From Syntrophales bacterium (GTDB taxonomy: Bacteria; Desulfobacterota; Syntrophia; Syntrophales; UBA2210): 64,000 nt of DNA. Shown here piece by piece: positions 49,663 through 58,707 of the stretch. Where the stretch lies: positions 992,001 to 1,056,000 of the forward strand of contig CAXXKT010000001.1 of the NCBI GenBank assembly GCA_963662405.2, given 5' to 3'. Position 1 is the first letter of the stretch; every line of letters starts with the position of its first letter. The translations under genes were made by a program, and so were the position numbers. The notes below the pieces were generated by a model, which ran no database searches, had not been told where the DNA came from, and saw only the letters and a list, made by a program, of their open reading frames with translations.

Positions 49663-50517
49663 TCAGGCCTCCTCTTTTAAGGTGGACAGCCGTTCCTCAA
49701 GGTATCGGTGTATGGCGGAAAACAGGGTGTCTATCTGCCTGGATTGGGGCAGGGAGTCACGAATCATTTCCAGGTATCGTCTCGAGCGGACGGCACGGAG
49801 GGTCGGCTCAAAGTTGATATCGAAGACCCAGCCGATCTGGAGGAGTTTGAAGTCATTGAGCGTCTCGACATGGTTGATGTCGACGATCTTGCGCTGCGCC
49901 AAATCCCGGCACACCGCTTCGGAAAACCCTGGTGTATCCGGGAGATCCAGTTCGAGAGTCCCGTTTCGCGCGCCGTCCTTCCGACGGTAATAATCGGTGA
50001 CCACCCGCCAGATGTCCAGCTTGTCGGCATCGCGGAGCAGCTTTGTAAAGAAGAGGCACTCGTCCGTCTCGTTCCGGGGAAGGGTAGCGCGGTTGTGATA
50101 TTGTATGGTGCGACAGATCAGGTCCTGCAGCGGTTCTGCACAGCGTTCGAGGACCCCGAGCCGCTTCAGGATTGTGACGCCCAGTGTGGCGTGGTCTTCG
50201 GACCGCTGGTCCGAAAAGGTCTTGTACCGGGCATACTGTTCGAACCGACCGATATCGTGGAAGAGGGCGAGGACCTCGGCCAGCCGCAGCTCGCCATTTT
50301 GCAGGCCGAGCTGTGCCCCGATGGAGATGATCTCCCTGCAGACCCGCTGAGTGTGCTCCTCTTTCAGGACAATATTTTTTGAATCGTCACTATTCTCTCG
50401 AAAAGTCTTCACATAACCGGCAAGCCAATCCTTGAGATTGTCCAGCAATCCATTACTGATTTCTCCCACCGGTTCTCTTTCAGACAGTATCTTGGGTGTC
50501 ACTGCGTGTCCCTTCAT
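49663..50517 (-). CDS. HD-domain metal-dependent phosphohydrolase
   Basis: HTQRV, FHDIGRF, DHA, YHN, RDADKLD; start uncertain (ORF open to 50604). Confidence 0.88.
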   Translation of the reverse strand: MKGHAVTPKILSEREPVGEISNGLLDNLKDWLAGYVKTFRENSDDSKNIVLKEEHTQRVCREIISIGAQLGLQNGELRLAEVLALFHDIGRFEQYARYKTFSDQRSEDHATLGVTILKRLGVLERCAEPLQDLICRTIQYHNRATLPRNETDECLFFTKLLRDADKLDIWRVVTDYYRRKDGARNGTLELDLPDTPGFSEAVCRDLAQRKIVDINHVETLNDFKLLQIGWVFDINFEPTLRAVRSRRYLEMIRDSLPQSRQIDTLFSAIHRYLEERLSTLKEEA

Positions 50518-50979
50518 TCGTTTTGGCCTCGTTTCCCCCTCCCACCAGCCCTCATCAGTATTACTCTTCGTATCAGCACGGTGTTGTAACACACCGGACT
50601 TCAAATCACCAGGCCTCCTCCGTTTCTCCTTCAGGCACGGAGAAGGAACAGAACCGCGTCATCCGGTCAACGTAAACTTCCTGTTGCCGATTCTTCTCAT
50701 ATCTTCTTGTTATTACCTTATGACATGTACCTATATGCGTGCTGTGCGATGGAGGGGAGTGTAAATAAACGTGCGCACATTGAGGTATTGTCGGAGACTA
50801 TCGTCCGATATCTTTCCTCCGGGTTTCCCCAAAAAAACCGTATCCCGTTATCAGTATCTCCTGCAGATGCTTTGTCGGGCGATTTTATATAGTTGAAAAA
50901 CAGGCAGGAAGACCCTTCCGTTTTGCAAAGAGTGATCGTTGAACCGCCCCTGTCTGTCTTGAACGAAGGCGGTCCTTCG

Positions 50980-51013
50980 CTATCGCAGGAGCACGGCCTG
51001 TGCGGCGGCGAGG
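50980..51013. repeat. Direct repeat copy 1: orphan duplicate of the aminotransferase 3' end
   Basis: CTATCGCAGGAGCACGGCCTGTGCGGCGGCGAGG; 32/34 identical to 57474-57507. Confidence 0.92.
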
Positions 51014-51039
51014 GGTCGAGTTTTTCCCTCGACCCCTCG
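51009..51039 (-). terminator. Strong hairpin after glpV
   Basis: CGAGGGGTCGAG-7 nt-CTCGACCCCTCG; no T tract follows. Confidence 0.6.
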
Positions 51040-51070
51040 GAATGCCCGTGTGGTATGCACGACCGGGAGG

Positions 51071-52822
51071 TTATCTCACCCGGCCTTCCCGCCATGCCTT
51101 GATCAGTCCGTCATAGGGAACCGTTTCACCCTTCGGCTTCTCGTTCGCCAGTTTTGGTTTGGGCGATCCCGGCTTCTTCAGCCATTCCTCTTCGCTGCCG
51201 CACTTGTTCAGCGTGGGAGGAGCCACCTTGCACACCTTCGCGCGCTGCAATCGTTCCATGACACGGTCCATCTCGGCGGCGAGATTGTCCATGGCCCTGT
51301 CGACGGTCACCTCACCGGCAACCGCTTCCCCGATATTCTGCCACCACAATTGTGCCAGTTTTGGATAATCGGGGACGTTGGTGCCGGTTGGTGTCCAGGC
51401 CACGCGTGCGGGGCTGCGGTAGAACTCCACAAATCCACCCAGCCGCGGCGCCCGTTCGGTGAAGGATTCGTGACGAATATCGCTGTCGCGAATCGGCGTC
51501 AATCCCACGTGTGTCTTTTTCAGCGATGTGGTCTTGCAGACACAGAACTGCGCGAAGAGCCAGGCGGCCTTCCGGCGTTCGAGCGGCGTGCTGTACATAA
51601 AGGTCCAGGAACCGCAGTCCTGATATCCCAGCTTCATCCCCTCCTCCCAGTAGGGGCCGTGAGGGGAAGGAGCCATGCGCCACTTCGGGGTGCCGTCCGC
51701 GTTGACCGTCGGCCCCGGGGCGACCATATCAGGCATGAAAGAGGTGTACCAGAATATCTGCTGTGCCACCTTGCCGCTGGAGAGGAAGGGTCCGTAGGTG
51801 TAGAAATCCAGCCCCAGAGCGCCGGGAGGTGCGTATTTGCGAAGCCATTCCATGTACTTGCGTAAGGAATACTTGGCTGCGGGGCCGTTGGCTGCGCCGC
51901 CGCGGCAGGCGCTTGCGCCGACCGGGCGTGAGTTCTCGTCGATACGAATACCCCACTCATCAACGGGGACCCCGTTGGGGATCCCCGAGCTCCCCGCGCC
52001 AGCCATACACAGCCAGGCATCAGTGAACCGCCACCCCAGGTCCGGGGATTTCTTCCCATAGTCGCTATGGCCGTACACGGGTTTGCCGTCGATCTCCTTG
52101 ACGTGCAGGGTGAAGAACTCGGCGATGTCCTCGTATGCCGACCAGTTGACCGGCACGCCGAGCTCGTAGCCGTAGATTTCCTTGAACTTCTTTTTGAAAT
52201 CGGGGCGCTGGAACCAGTCATACCGGAACCAGTACAGGTTGGCGAATTGCTGGTCCGGGAGTTGGTACATCTTGCCGTCCGGGGCGGTGGTGAATGATTT
52301 GCCCATGAAGTCATCCACGTCGAGTGTGGGGAGTGTCACGTCTTTCCCGTCACCCGTCATGAAATCACTTAAGGGGACTACATACCCGTACCGCCAGTGG
52401 GTGCCGATGAGGTCGGAGTCATTCACCCACCCATCATAGATATTCTTCCCGGACGCCCACTGTGTCTGAAGCTTTTCTATGACGTCCCCTTCCTGGATCA
52501 GGTCGAACGAGACCTTGATGCCGGTGATCTCTTCGAAGGCCTTCGCCAGGACCTTGGCCTCATACTCATGGGTGGGGATGGTCTCGGAGACGACTTTGAT
52601 GTTCATCCCTTTGAAGGGCGTGGCCGCGCTGATGAACCACTCCATCTCCTCTATTTGCTGTGCCTTGGTCAAGGTTGACGGTTGAAATTCCGCTTCGACC
52701 CACTTCTTGGCGGCTGCCATGTCCGCGCCCGCCGGGGCGGCGAAGCACACACACAGTGCAGCCACGACCACCCCCAGGATGATCATCCCGGGGCTCCTCC
52801 TGAGTACGTCACGTACCATCAA
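51071..52822 (-). CDS. glpV: ABC substrate-binding protein, glycerol type
   Basis: Signal peptide; EFQPSTL, VVSETIPTHEYE, YQLPDQQFANLYWFR, TPTGTNVPDYPKLAQLWWQ; operon order matches the rhizobial glpSTPQUV. Confidence 0.8.
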   Translation of the reverse strand: MMVRDVLRRSPGMIILGVVVAALCVCFAAPAGADMAAAKKWVEAEFQPSTLTKAQQIEEMEWFISAATPFKGMNIKVVSETIPTHEYEAKVLAKAFEEITGIKVSFDLIQEGDVIEKLQTQWASGKNIYDGWVNDSDLIGTHWRYGYVVPLSDFMTGDGKDVTLPTLDVDDFMGKSFTTAPDGKMYQLPDQQFANLYWFRYDWFQRPDFKKKFKEIYGYELGVPVNWSAYEDIAEFFTLHVKEIDGKPVYGHSDYGKKSPDLGWRFTDAWLCMAGAGSSGIPNGVPVDEWGIRIDENSRPVGASACRGGAANGPAAKYSLRKYMEWLRKYAPPGALGLDFYTYGPFLSSGKVAQQIFWYTSFMPDMVAPGPTVNADGTPKWRMAPSPHGPYWEEGMKLGYQDCGSWTFMYSTPLERRKAAWLFAQFCVCKTTSLKKTHVGLTPIRDSDIRHESFTERAPRLGGFVEFYRSPARVAWTPTGTNVPDYPKLAQLWWQNIGEAVAGEVTVDRAMDNLAAEMDRVMERLQRAKVCKVAPPTLNKCGSEEEWLKKPGSPKPKLANEKPKGETVPYDGLIKAWREGRVR

Positions 52823-52941
52823 GACACCTCCTCTGGTTAGCCTTCAGTGGCAGTTTTTGGGTAAAAACCGTCTCTCTATCGGCGGTATTAAGGCCGCGAA
52901 CACCACGAATAGAGGACTGACTCCCCCCCCTTTTTTTCTTG

Positions 52942-53220
52942 CTATCCCCAACGCATGACGATGATCATCCAGACGGCCGAGAGAGGGAGCGCGATCCAGA
53001 GAGTGAGATCGGTAAGCCCGATCCAGACAAGATGAATGTAAGCACTCCCCAGCAATCCCAGGAAGAAACGGGTGCCACGCGTTGTGGGGACGATCAAAAA
53101 ACCGCGGCGCTCGATCGTGGGCGATATCAGCTCCCATGCGAGCATGCCGCACAGCATCAAAAAGATGGTAATGAAAAAGGTTGCCGTCGGTAGGGTCCAG
53201 TACATCCAAGCGAAGCTCAT
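52942..53220 (-). CDS. glpU: DUF2160 small membrane protein
   Basis: WMYWT, RRGFL..TTRG.R.F.GLLGSA.IHL.W. Confidence 0.8.
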   Translation of the reverse strand: MSFAWMYWTLPTATFFITIFLMLCGMLAWELISPTIERRGFLIVPTTRGTRFFLGLLGSAYIHLVWIGLTDLTLWIALPLSAVWMIIVMRWG

Positions 53221-53235
53221 GGTTACTCTCCCCTT

Positions 53236-54039
53236 CTACACCCGGCCCAGGGCGAAGCCCTTGGCGAGATGGTTTCGTACGAACCAGATCACCAGCGCGC
53301 CCGGCACGATAGTCAATATGCCGGCGGCGGCCAGGAGCCCCCAGTCAAGCCCTGTCGCACTAATGGTACGCGTCATGGTGGCAACGATCGGTTTTGCCTC
53401 AGTAACCGTTAATGTCCGGGCGAAGAGCAGCTCAACCCAGCTGAACATGAAACAGAAAAAGGCCGTCACGCCTACCCCCGCCCTGATCAAGGGGATGAAG
53501 ATGGTAATGAAAAATCGGGGAAACTTATACCCGTCGAGAAAAGCGGTCTCGTCGATCTCCTTGGGGATCCCGGACATGAATCCTTCCAGGACCCAGACGG
53601 CGAGCGGTACGTTGAAGAGACAGTGGGCCAAGGCCACCGCAATGTGCGTATCGAGCAACCCGATCGTCGAATAGAGCTGAAAATAGGGGAGGAGGAAGAC
53701 AGCCGGGGGGGCCATGCGGTTCGTCAGCAGCCAGAAGAACATCTGTCCGTCCCCCAGGAACCGGTACCGCGAAAAGGCGTAGGCGGCGGGCAATGCAACG
53801 ATCAGTGATATCGCGGTATTCATGGTGACGTAGATGATTGCGTTGATATACCCGGAGTACCAGGTCGGGTCCGTAAAGATCTTGATATAGTTCATGAATG
53901 TTATGTCGGTCGGGAACAGGGAGAAGGAGGCGAGGATATCGGCATTGCTGCGCAGGGACATATTGAGCATCCAGTAGATCGGAATGAGCAGCAGGAAAAA
54001 ATAGAACAACAGGGCAAGATAACGCTTGTGGAACTTCAT
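53236..54039 (-). CDS. glpQ: Carbohydrate ABC permease
   Basis: LPAAYAFSRY, TNRMAP, EIDETAFLDG (EAA loop), AKGFALGRV. Confidence 0.8.
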   Translation of the reverse strand: MKFHKRYLALLFYFFLLLIPIYWMLNMSLRSNADILASFSLFPTDITFMNYIKIFTDPTWYSGYINAIIYVTMNTAISLIVALPAAYAFSRYRFLGDGQMFFWLLTNRMAPPAVFLLPYFQLYSTIGLLDTHIAVALAHCLFNVPLAVWVLEGFMSGIPKEIDETAFLDGYKFPRFFITIFIPLIRAGVGVTAFFCFMFSWVELLFARTLTVTEAKPIVATMTRTISATGLDWGLLAAAGILTIVPGALVIWFVRNHLAKGFALGRV

Positions 54040-54917
54040 GCCTTTTCTCCTTTCCCCACATACAAGAGTGCCTGGTAGAATATGAAACTGAAGAGGAGCA
54101 CGATAAGGAAGTAAATCAGCGAGAATGCCGCGGCCGGTCCGAGGTCGAACTGGCCGGTGGCGAGCTTGACCAAGTAGATCGACAGGAACGTGGTGGAATT
54201 GCCGGGGCCGCCCCCTGTCAGGGCGAAGGGCTCCGCGTAGATCAGGAAACTGTCCATCCACCGCAGCAGGACGGCGATGGTGAGCACCCCGCGCATCTTG
54301 GGGAGCTGGATATACCGGAAGGTTGCCCACGGCGATGCACCGTCGATCTTCGCCGCCTGGAAATAGGCCTCGGGGATGGCCCGCAAACCCGCGTACGACA
54401 GGAGGGCCACCAAGGGGGTCCAGTGCCATACCTCCATTGCCATCAGGGTGATCCAGGCATAGAGCGGTCGTGCCGTGTGATCGAAGGTGTCCTCCAGGAA
54501 GCCCAGGCTGTTGATTCCCACCCCGAACAGGCCGATATCAGGCCGGGTAAAGACGATCCAGGTAGTCCCGATCACGTTCCAGGGGATGAGAAGGGGGAGC
54601 GCCAGGGTTACCAGGGAGATCGAGACCCCCCATCCCTTCTTCGGCATTGCCAGTGCGATCAATATCCCCAGGGGGATCTCTATCAGGAGGACGAGGCCGG
54701 AAAAGAGGAATTGACGCCACAGGGCATCGTGCAACCGGTAGTCGGTCAGCATTTCCTTGAACCACTCCGTCCCGACAAAGACGGTCTCCCCCGGGCCGAA
54801 GATGTCCTGCATCGAGTAGTTGACCACGGTCATCAGGGGGATGATGGCGCTGAAGGCGACAATCACAAAAACGGGGAGCACCAGAATCCACGCCCTGTTA
54901 TCCTGCCACTTATCCAT
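54036..54917 (-). CDS. glpP: Carbohydrate ABC permease
   Basis: PLMTVVNYS, WHWT, YFQAAKIDGAS, GQFDLG. Confidence 0.8.
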   Translation of the reverse strand: MDKWQDNRAWILVLPVFVIVAFSAIIPLMTVVNYSMQDIFGPGETVFVGTEWFKEMLTDYRLHDALWRQFLFSGLVLLIEIPLGILIALAMPKKGWGVSISLVTLALPLLIPWNVIGTTWIVFTRPDIGLFGVGINSLGFLEDTFDHTARPLYAWITLMAMEVWHWTPLVALLSYAGLRAIPEAYFQAAKIDGASPWATFRYIQLPKMRGVLTIAVLLRWMDSFLIYAEPFALTGGGPGNSTTFLSIYLVKLATGQFDLGPAAAFSLIYFLIVLLFSFIFYQALLYVGKGEKA

Positions 54918-54934
54918 ACACCGCTCCTTGTTGT

Positions 54935-56020
54935 CTATGTTACCACCCGGCCGTCGGCAAACAGCCTGATCCACTCCTTCGGGAAGTGGAGCCACACAGT
55001 GCCTGCGGAAACGGGTTTTCCTTCGGGTACCTTGGCGCGGAGGGTATGACCGGCCAGGTCGAGCGTCACGATCCGGTAGCTGCCCTGGTCTTCGATCATC
55101 GTCACGGCGGCCTCGACGCTTGCCTCTCCCGGTTCAAGACGCACATCGAGGTACATCGGCCGGATTCCCACTTCCAGTTTCCCCCGTGCCGCGCGGCCAA
55201 GGGCCGCGGTTGTTTCGTCCAAGGGGATTCCAACCCCGTCGACCCGCGCCGTATTCCCTTCCAGGGTGCACGCGAGAAAGTTCATCCCCGGGCTGCCGAT
55301 GAAGTATCCCACGAAGGTATGTGCGGGGTTTTCAAACAGGTCCTGGGGGGTGCCGATCTGCACGATCTCTCCCTCGACCATGATCGCGACCCGGTCGGCA
55401 AAGGTCAGGGCCTCGATCTGGTCATGCGTCACGTAGATCAGGGTCAGTTTGAGTCGTTCGTGTATCTCCTTGAGCTTGCGCCGCAGGGTCCATTTCAGGT
55501 GCGGGTCGATGACGGTCAGGGGTTCGTCGAAGAGGATCGCCGCCACATCGGCCCTGACCAATCCCCTCCCCAGTGAGACCTTCTGCTTCAGATCGGCGCT
55601 CAATCCGGCGGCCCGTCTATTGATGACGTGTGTCAGGTCGAGCATCTCGGCTACCTCGTTCACGCGCCGGCGGATCTCATTGGTTGCAATCCCCCGGTTC
55701 TGGAGGGGGAAGGCCAGGTTGCCGAACACCGTCATGGTGTCGTACAGAACGGGAAACTGAAAAACCTGAGCGATATTGCGCCGCTCCGGTGTCAATGCGG
55801 AGACATCCTCCCCATTATAGAGGATTTTCCCCGTGGTGGGCTTCAGGAGCCCCGAAATGATGTTCAACAGGGTGGTTTTGCCGCAGCCGGAGGGACCCAG
55901 CAGGGCATAGGCCCCGCCATCTTCCCAGACGGTGTCGATTCGCCGCAGGGCGTAATCCCTCTCCGCCCGGGGCCTTCTCAGGTAGCTGTGGGCAACGTCA
56001 CGCAACTCGATGCGAGCCAT
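54935..56020 (-). CDS. glpT: ABC ATPase
   Basis: GPSGCGKTT, degenerate LSADLKQK signature, FDEPLTVIDP, TOBE domain. Confidence 0.8.
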   Translation of the reverse strand: MARIELRDVAHSYLRRPRAERDYALRRIDTVWEDGGAYALLGPSGCGKTTLLNIISGLLKPTTGKILYNGEDVSALTPERRNIAQVFQFPVLYDTMTVFGNLAFPLQNRGIATNEIRRRVNEVAEMLDLTHVINRRAAGLSADLKQKVSLGRGLVRADVAAILFDEPLTVIDPHLKWTLRRKLKEIHERLKLTLIYVTHDQIEALTFADRVAIMVEGEIVQIGTPQDLFENPAHTFVGYFIGSPGMNFLACTLEGNTARVDGVGIPLDETTAALGRAARGKLEVGIRPMYLDVRLEPGEASVEAAVTMIEDQGSYRIVTLDLAGHTLRAKVPEGKPVSAGTVWLHFPKEWIRLFADGRVVT

Positions 56021-56029
56021 GTATGTCTC

Positions 56030-57130
56030 CTATGGGGGTTTCCTTTCAAGGGAATCCCCGTTCGGTGACGCGATAAGTGCGCCCGAATCATCGTACACAA
56101 AGAAGGAAGAGGGGTCGACATGGATCGTTATAGGGGCTCCGAGACGAAAGGAATGGACGCCGCTCGCCTGAATTACCAGGCGGATATTCTCATAATCGGC
56201 GTGGATGAATGTCTCCGATCCGTTTATCTCGGATAGCGCTACGGTTGCGTTGATGAGGGTGTCATTCTCCCCGGTTCGTGACAGGGAGAGATGATGGGAG
56301 CGGACACCGAACAGGTATTCCCCGGCGGTGAGGACTTTCAGGTGGTCCTTCAGGGGGATTTTAATGCCGTATCCGAGACGGGCGGCCCCTTCGGTCACGG
56401 TGCCGTTCAGGTAGTTCATGGGGGGGTCGCTGAAGATGTCGGCGACCCCCCGGGTTACCGGATTGTGGTAGACTTCTTCGGTGGGGCCGATCTGCAGGAC
56501 GCGTCCCTTGTCGATAACCACGGTATTTCCTCCCAGCATCAGGGCCTCTGCCGGTTCGGTCGTGGTGTATACGACGATCGCCTTGCGCTGCTTGAAGATT
56601 TCCTGTAGCTCGACCCGCAGTTCTTCGCGCAGTTTGAAATCCAGATTGACCAGGGGTTCATCCAGCAGCAGGAGATCCGATTTTTTGACCAGAGCCCTGG
56701 CGATGGCGGTTCGCTGCTGCTGTCCACCGGAGAGTTCAGCTGGGAGGCGGTCCAGCAGGGGATCGAGATGCAGCATGGCAGCGGTTTCACGGACCCGCCG
56801 ATCGATCTCCTTTTTGCCCTCCCCGCTCAGCTTGAGGGGGGAGGCAATATTGTCGTACACGGTTAGGGAGGGATAATTGATGAATTGCTGGTAGACCATC
56901 GCGATATTGCGTTTTCTGACCTTGACGCCTGCCACGTCTTTCCCGTCTACCAGTACCCGCCCGGAGGAGGGACGGTCAAGCCCGGCTATCATGCGGAGAA
57001 GCGACGTCTTGCCGGCCAGGGTGTGACCAAGGAGGACATTGCGTGATCCTGTCTCGAATTCCAGGTTGATGTCGTCGAGATGAATGTCGCGGCCCACTCT
57101 CTTGGTGACAGCTTCCAGCGATAAGAACAT
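56030..57130 (-). CDS. glpS: ABC ATPase
   Basis: GHTLAGKTS, MVYQQFINYP, LSGGQQQR, YTTTEP. Confidence 0.8.
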   Translation of the reverse strand: MFLSLEAVTKRVGRDIHLDDINLEFETGSRNVLLGHTLAGKTSLLRMIAGLDRPSSGRVLVDGKDVAGVKVRKRNIAMVYQQFINYPSLTVYDNIASPLKLSGEGKKEIDRRVRETAAMLHLDPLLDRLPAELSGGQQQRTAIARALVKKSDLLLLDEPLVNLDFKLREELRVELQEIFKQRKAIVVYTTTEPAEALMLGGNTVVIDKGRVLQIGPTEEVYHNPVTRGVADIFSDPPMNYLNGTVTEGAARLGYGIKIPLKDHLKVLTAGEYLFGVRSHHLSLSRTGENDTLINATVALSEINGSETFIHADYENIRLVIQASGVHSFRLGAPITIHVDPSSFFVYDDSGALIASPNGDSLERKPP

Positions 57131-57473
57131 GAGACGAGCACCTGTTGTGTGTCATGGACACGGAAGGCCGGGCTTGTACTCTCCACCCGGACCCCCCCCT
57201 GATCACTCCCTTCGCACGTTTCTATGCCGGGGGTGTCCATATCATTTCAAGCGAACGGCATCGTTTCCGGTTGGTGGATAGATGCCATGCCATTGAAGCG
57301 TGACGCGCTGCCTCGAGATGTTAAAAAGCCTGCGTGAAGGAGAGAATGTGAAAAATATCAGAATGATAGCAAGAGGACTCACAGAAAAGCAAAAGCACTA
57401 ACGTGAAGATACATACCAAATTATCCATTGCGCCGCCAGTGTTTTTTGATTGCGCCGGGTGCCCCTGCCTGTC

Positions 57474-57507
57474 CTATCGTAAGAGCACGGCCTGTGCGGC
57501 GGCGAGG
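57474..57507. repeat. Direct repeat copy 2: the current aminotransferase 3' end
   Basis: CTATCGTAAGAGCACGGCCTGTGCGGCGGCGAGG. Confidence 0.92.
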
Positions 57508-58640
57508 CCCACTCCCGGTTCGAATCTGTATCCCGTTTTCTCTAATCCTTTCTCTATTGCCCCCACGGTGGCGAGGATGTCGTTCGCGCCGACGACCCCC
57601 ATGTGGCCGATGCGGAAATATGTGTCCCTGATCTCCGCGTGGAGTCCCCCCGCGAGGATGACGCCGGCCTCGGCAATCAGGGGGAGAACGGTGCCGGTCA
57701 CGCCGTCGGGGAAGTAGGGGGCGGTGAGGGTGTTAGCCGCCTTGTCGGGGGTGACCGGGATCTGCTTGAGCCCCAGCGCGGTCATCCCCGCCTTGAAGGA
57801 GTCGCTCATCAGCCGGTGCCGGGCGAAGCGTTTGTCCATCCCCTCGGCGATGATCTGTTCGAGACTGACATTCAGGGCCCAGACGAGGTTGACCGCCTGC
57901 GTCCCGAAATAGGCGGCCTTACGAGCCTCGTATGATTCCATAATGGGAAGCCAGTTTGCCCAGTCGGAATAATAGCTCCCGACGGGGGTCCGGCGGTTCT
58001 TGAATGCCTCGATCGCCTGGGGGCTCGCCATGAGGAGCGCCAGACCGGGGGGGACGCCGATGGCCTTCTGGCAGGCGGTGAGGACGATATCCACGCCCCA
58101 TTCCTCCTGGCGCAACTCCTCGCCGGCGACGGAGCAGACCCCGTCCACGATGCTCAGGATGCCGTACTTGTCGCACAGGGCCGCCAGCCCCTTGACATCG
58201 GTGAGGACGGCGGTGGAGGTGTCGACGTGGGTGACCGTCATTACCGTGAAGTCGCCCTTCTTCATCACGTCCTCCACCTCCTCCAGGGAGGGGGCGTCTC
58301 CGATGGCCGCCGCCTTCACCTGGGTGACCTGTGCGCCGTAGCGTTCCAGGATGGCGGCGAAGCGGTCGCTGAAGTACCCCGTATTGATCACGAGGGCATT
58401 GTCCCCCGGTTCGATGACGTTACAGGCGGCCATATCCATCACCATCGTCCCGGACCCGGCAATGATAAAGGGTTGTCCGCCGGGGCAGAGAAATACGTCG
58501 CGCATCCGCTCGATTGATTCTCCCATGCAATCGGCGAAGGCGGGGGCAACATGGCTTGTGGTCGGCATGGCCATCGCCCGCATCACTTCGGGGGTAAACT
58601 CGATCGGCCCCGGAATCATCAGTAGTTTTCTATCTTTCAT
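57474..58640 (-). CDS. Alanine-glyoxylate / serine-pyruvate aminotransferase (class V)
   Basis: LMIPGP, GSGT, HVDTST, DGVCS, CQKAIGVPPGL, FRIGHMG. Confidence 0.92.
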   Translation of the reverse strand: MKDRKLLMIPGPIEFTPEVMRAMAMPTTSHVAPAFADCMGESIERMRDVFLCPGGQPFIIAGSGTMVMDMAACNVIEPGDNALVINTGYFSDRFAAILERYGAQVTQVKAAAIGDAPSLEEVEDVMKKGDFTVMTVTHVDTSTAVLTDVKGLAALCDKYGILSIVDGVCSVAGEELRQEEWGVDIVLTACQKAIGVPPGLALLMASPQAIEAFKNRRTPVGSYYSDWANWLPIMESYEARKAAYFGTQAVNLVWALNVSLEQIIAEGMDKRFARHRLMSDSFKAGMTALGLKQIPVTPDKAANTLTAPYFPDGVTGTVLPLIAEAGVILAGGLHAEIRDTYFRIGHMGVVGANDILATVGAIEKGLEKTGYRFEPGVGLAAAQAVLLR

Positions 58641-58707
58641 ACTCGATACCTCCCTTGCTGTCTATGAGGAATCGTCTCCTCACCCGGTGAATCGATTCAC
58701 GGTTGGC

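Larger units (their letters stand above)
50980..57507. mobile_element. Repeat-bounded genomic islet carrying a glycerol ABC operon (no integrase)
   Basis: Flanking 34-bp direct repeats; the six-gene operon fills the interval. Confidence 0.65.
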
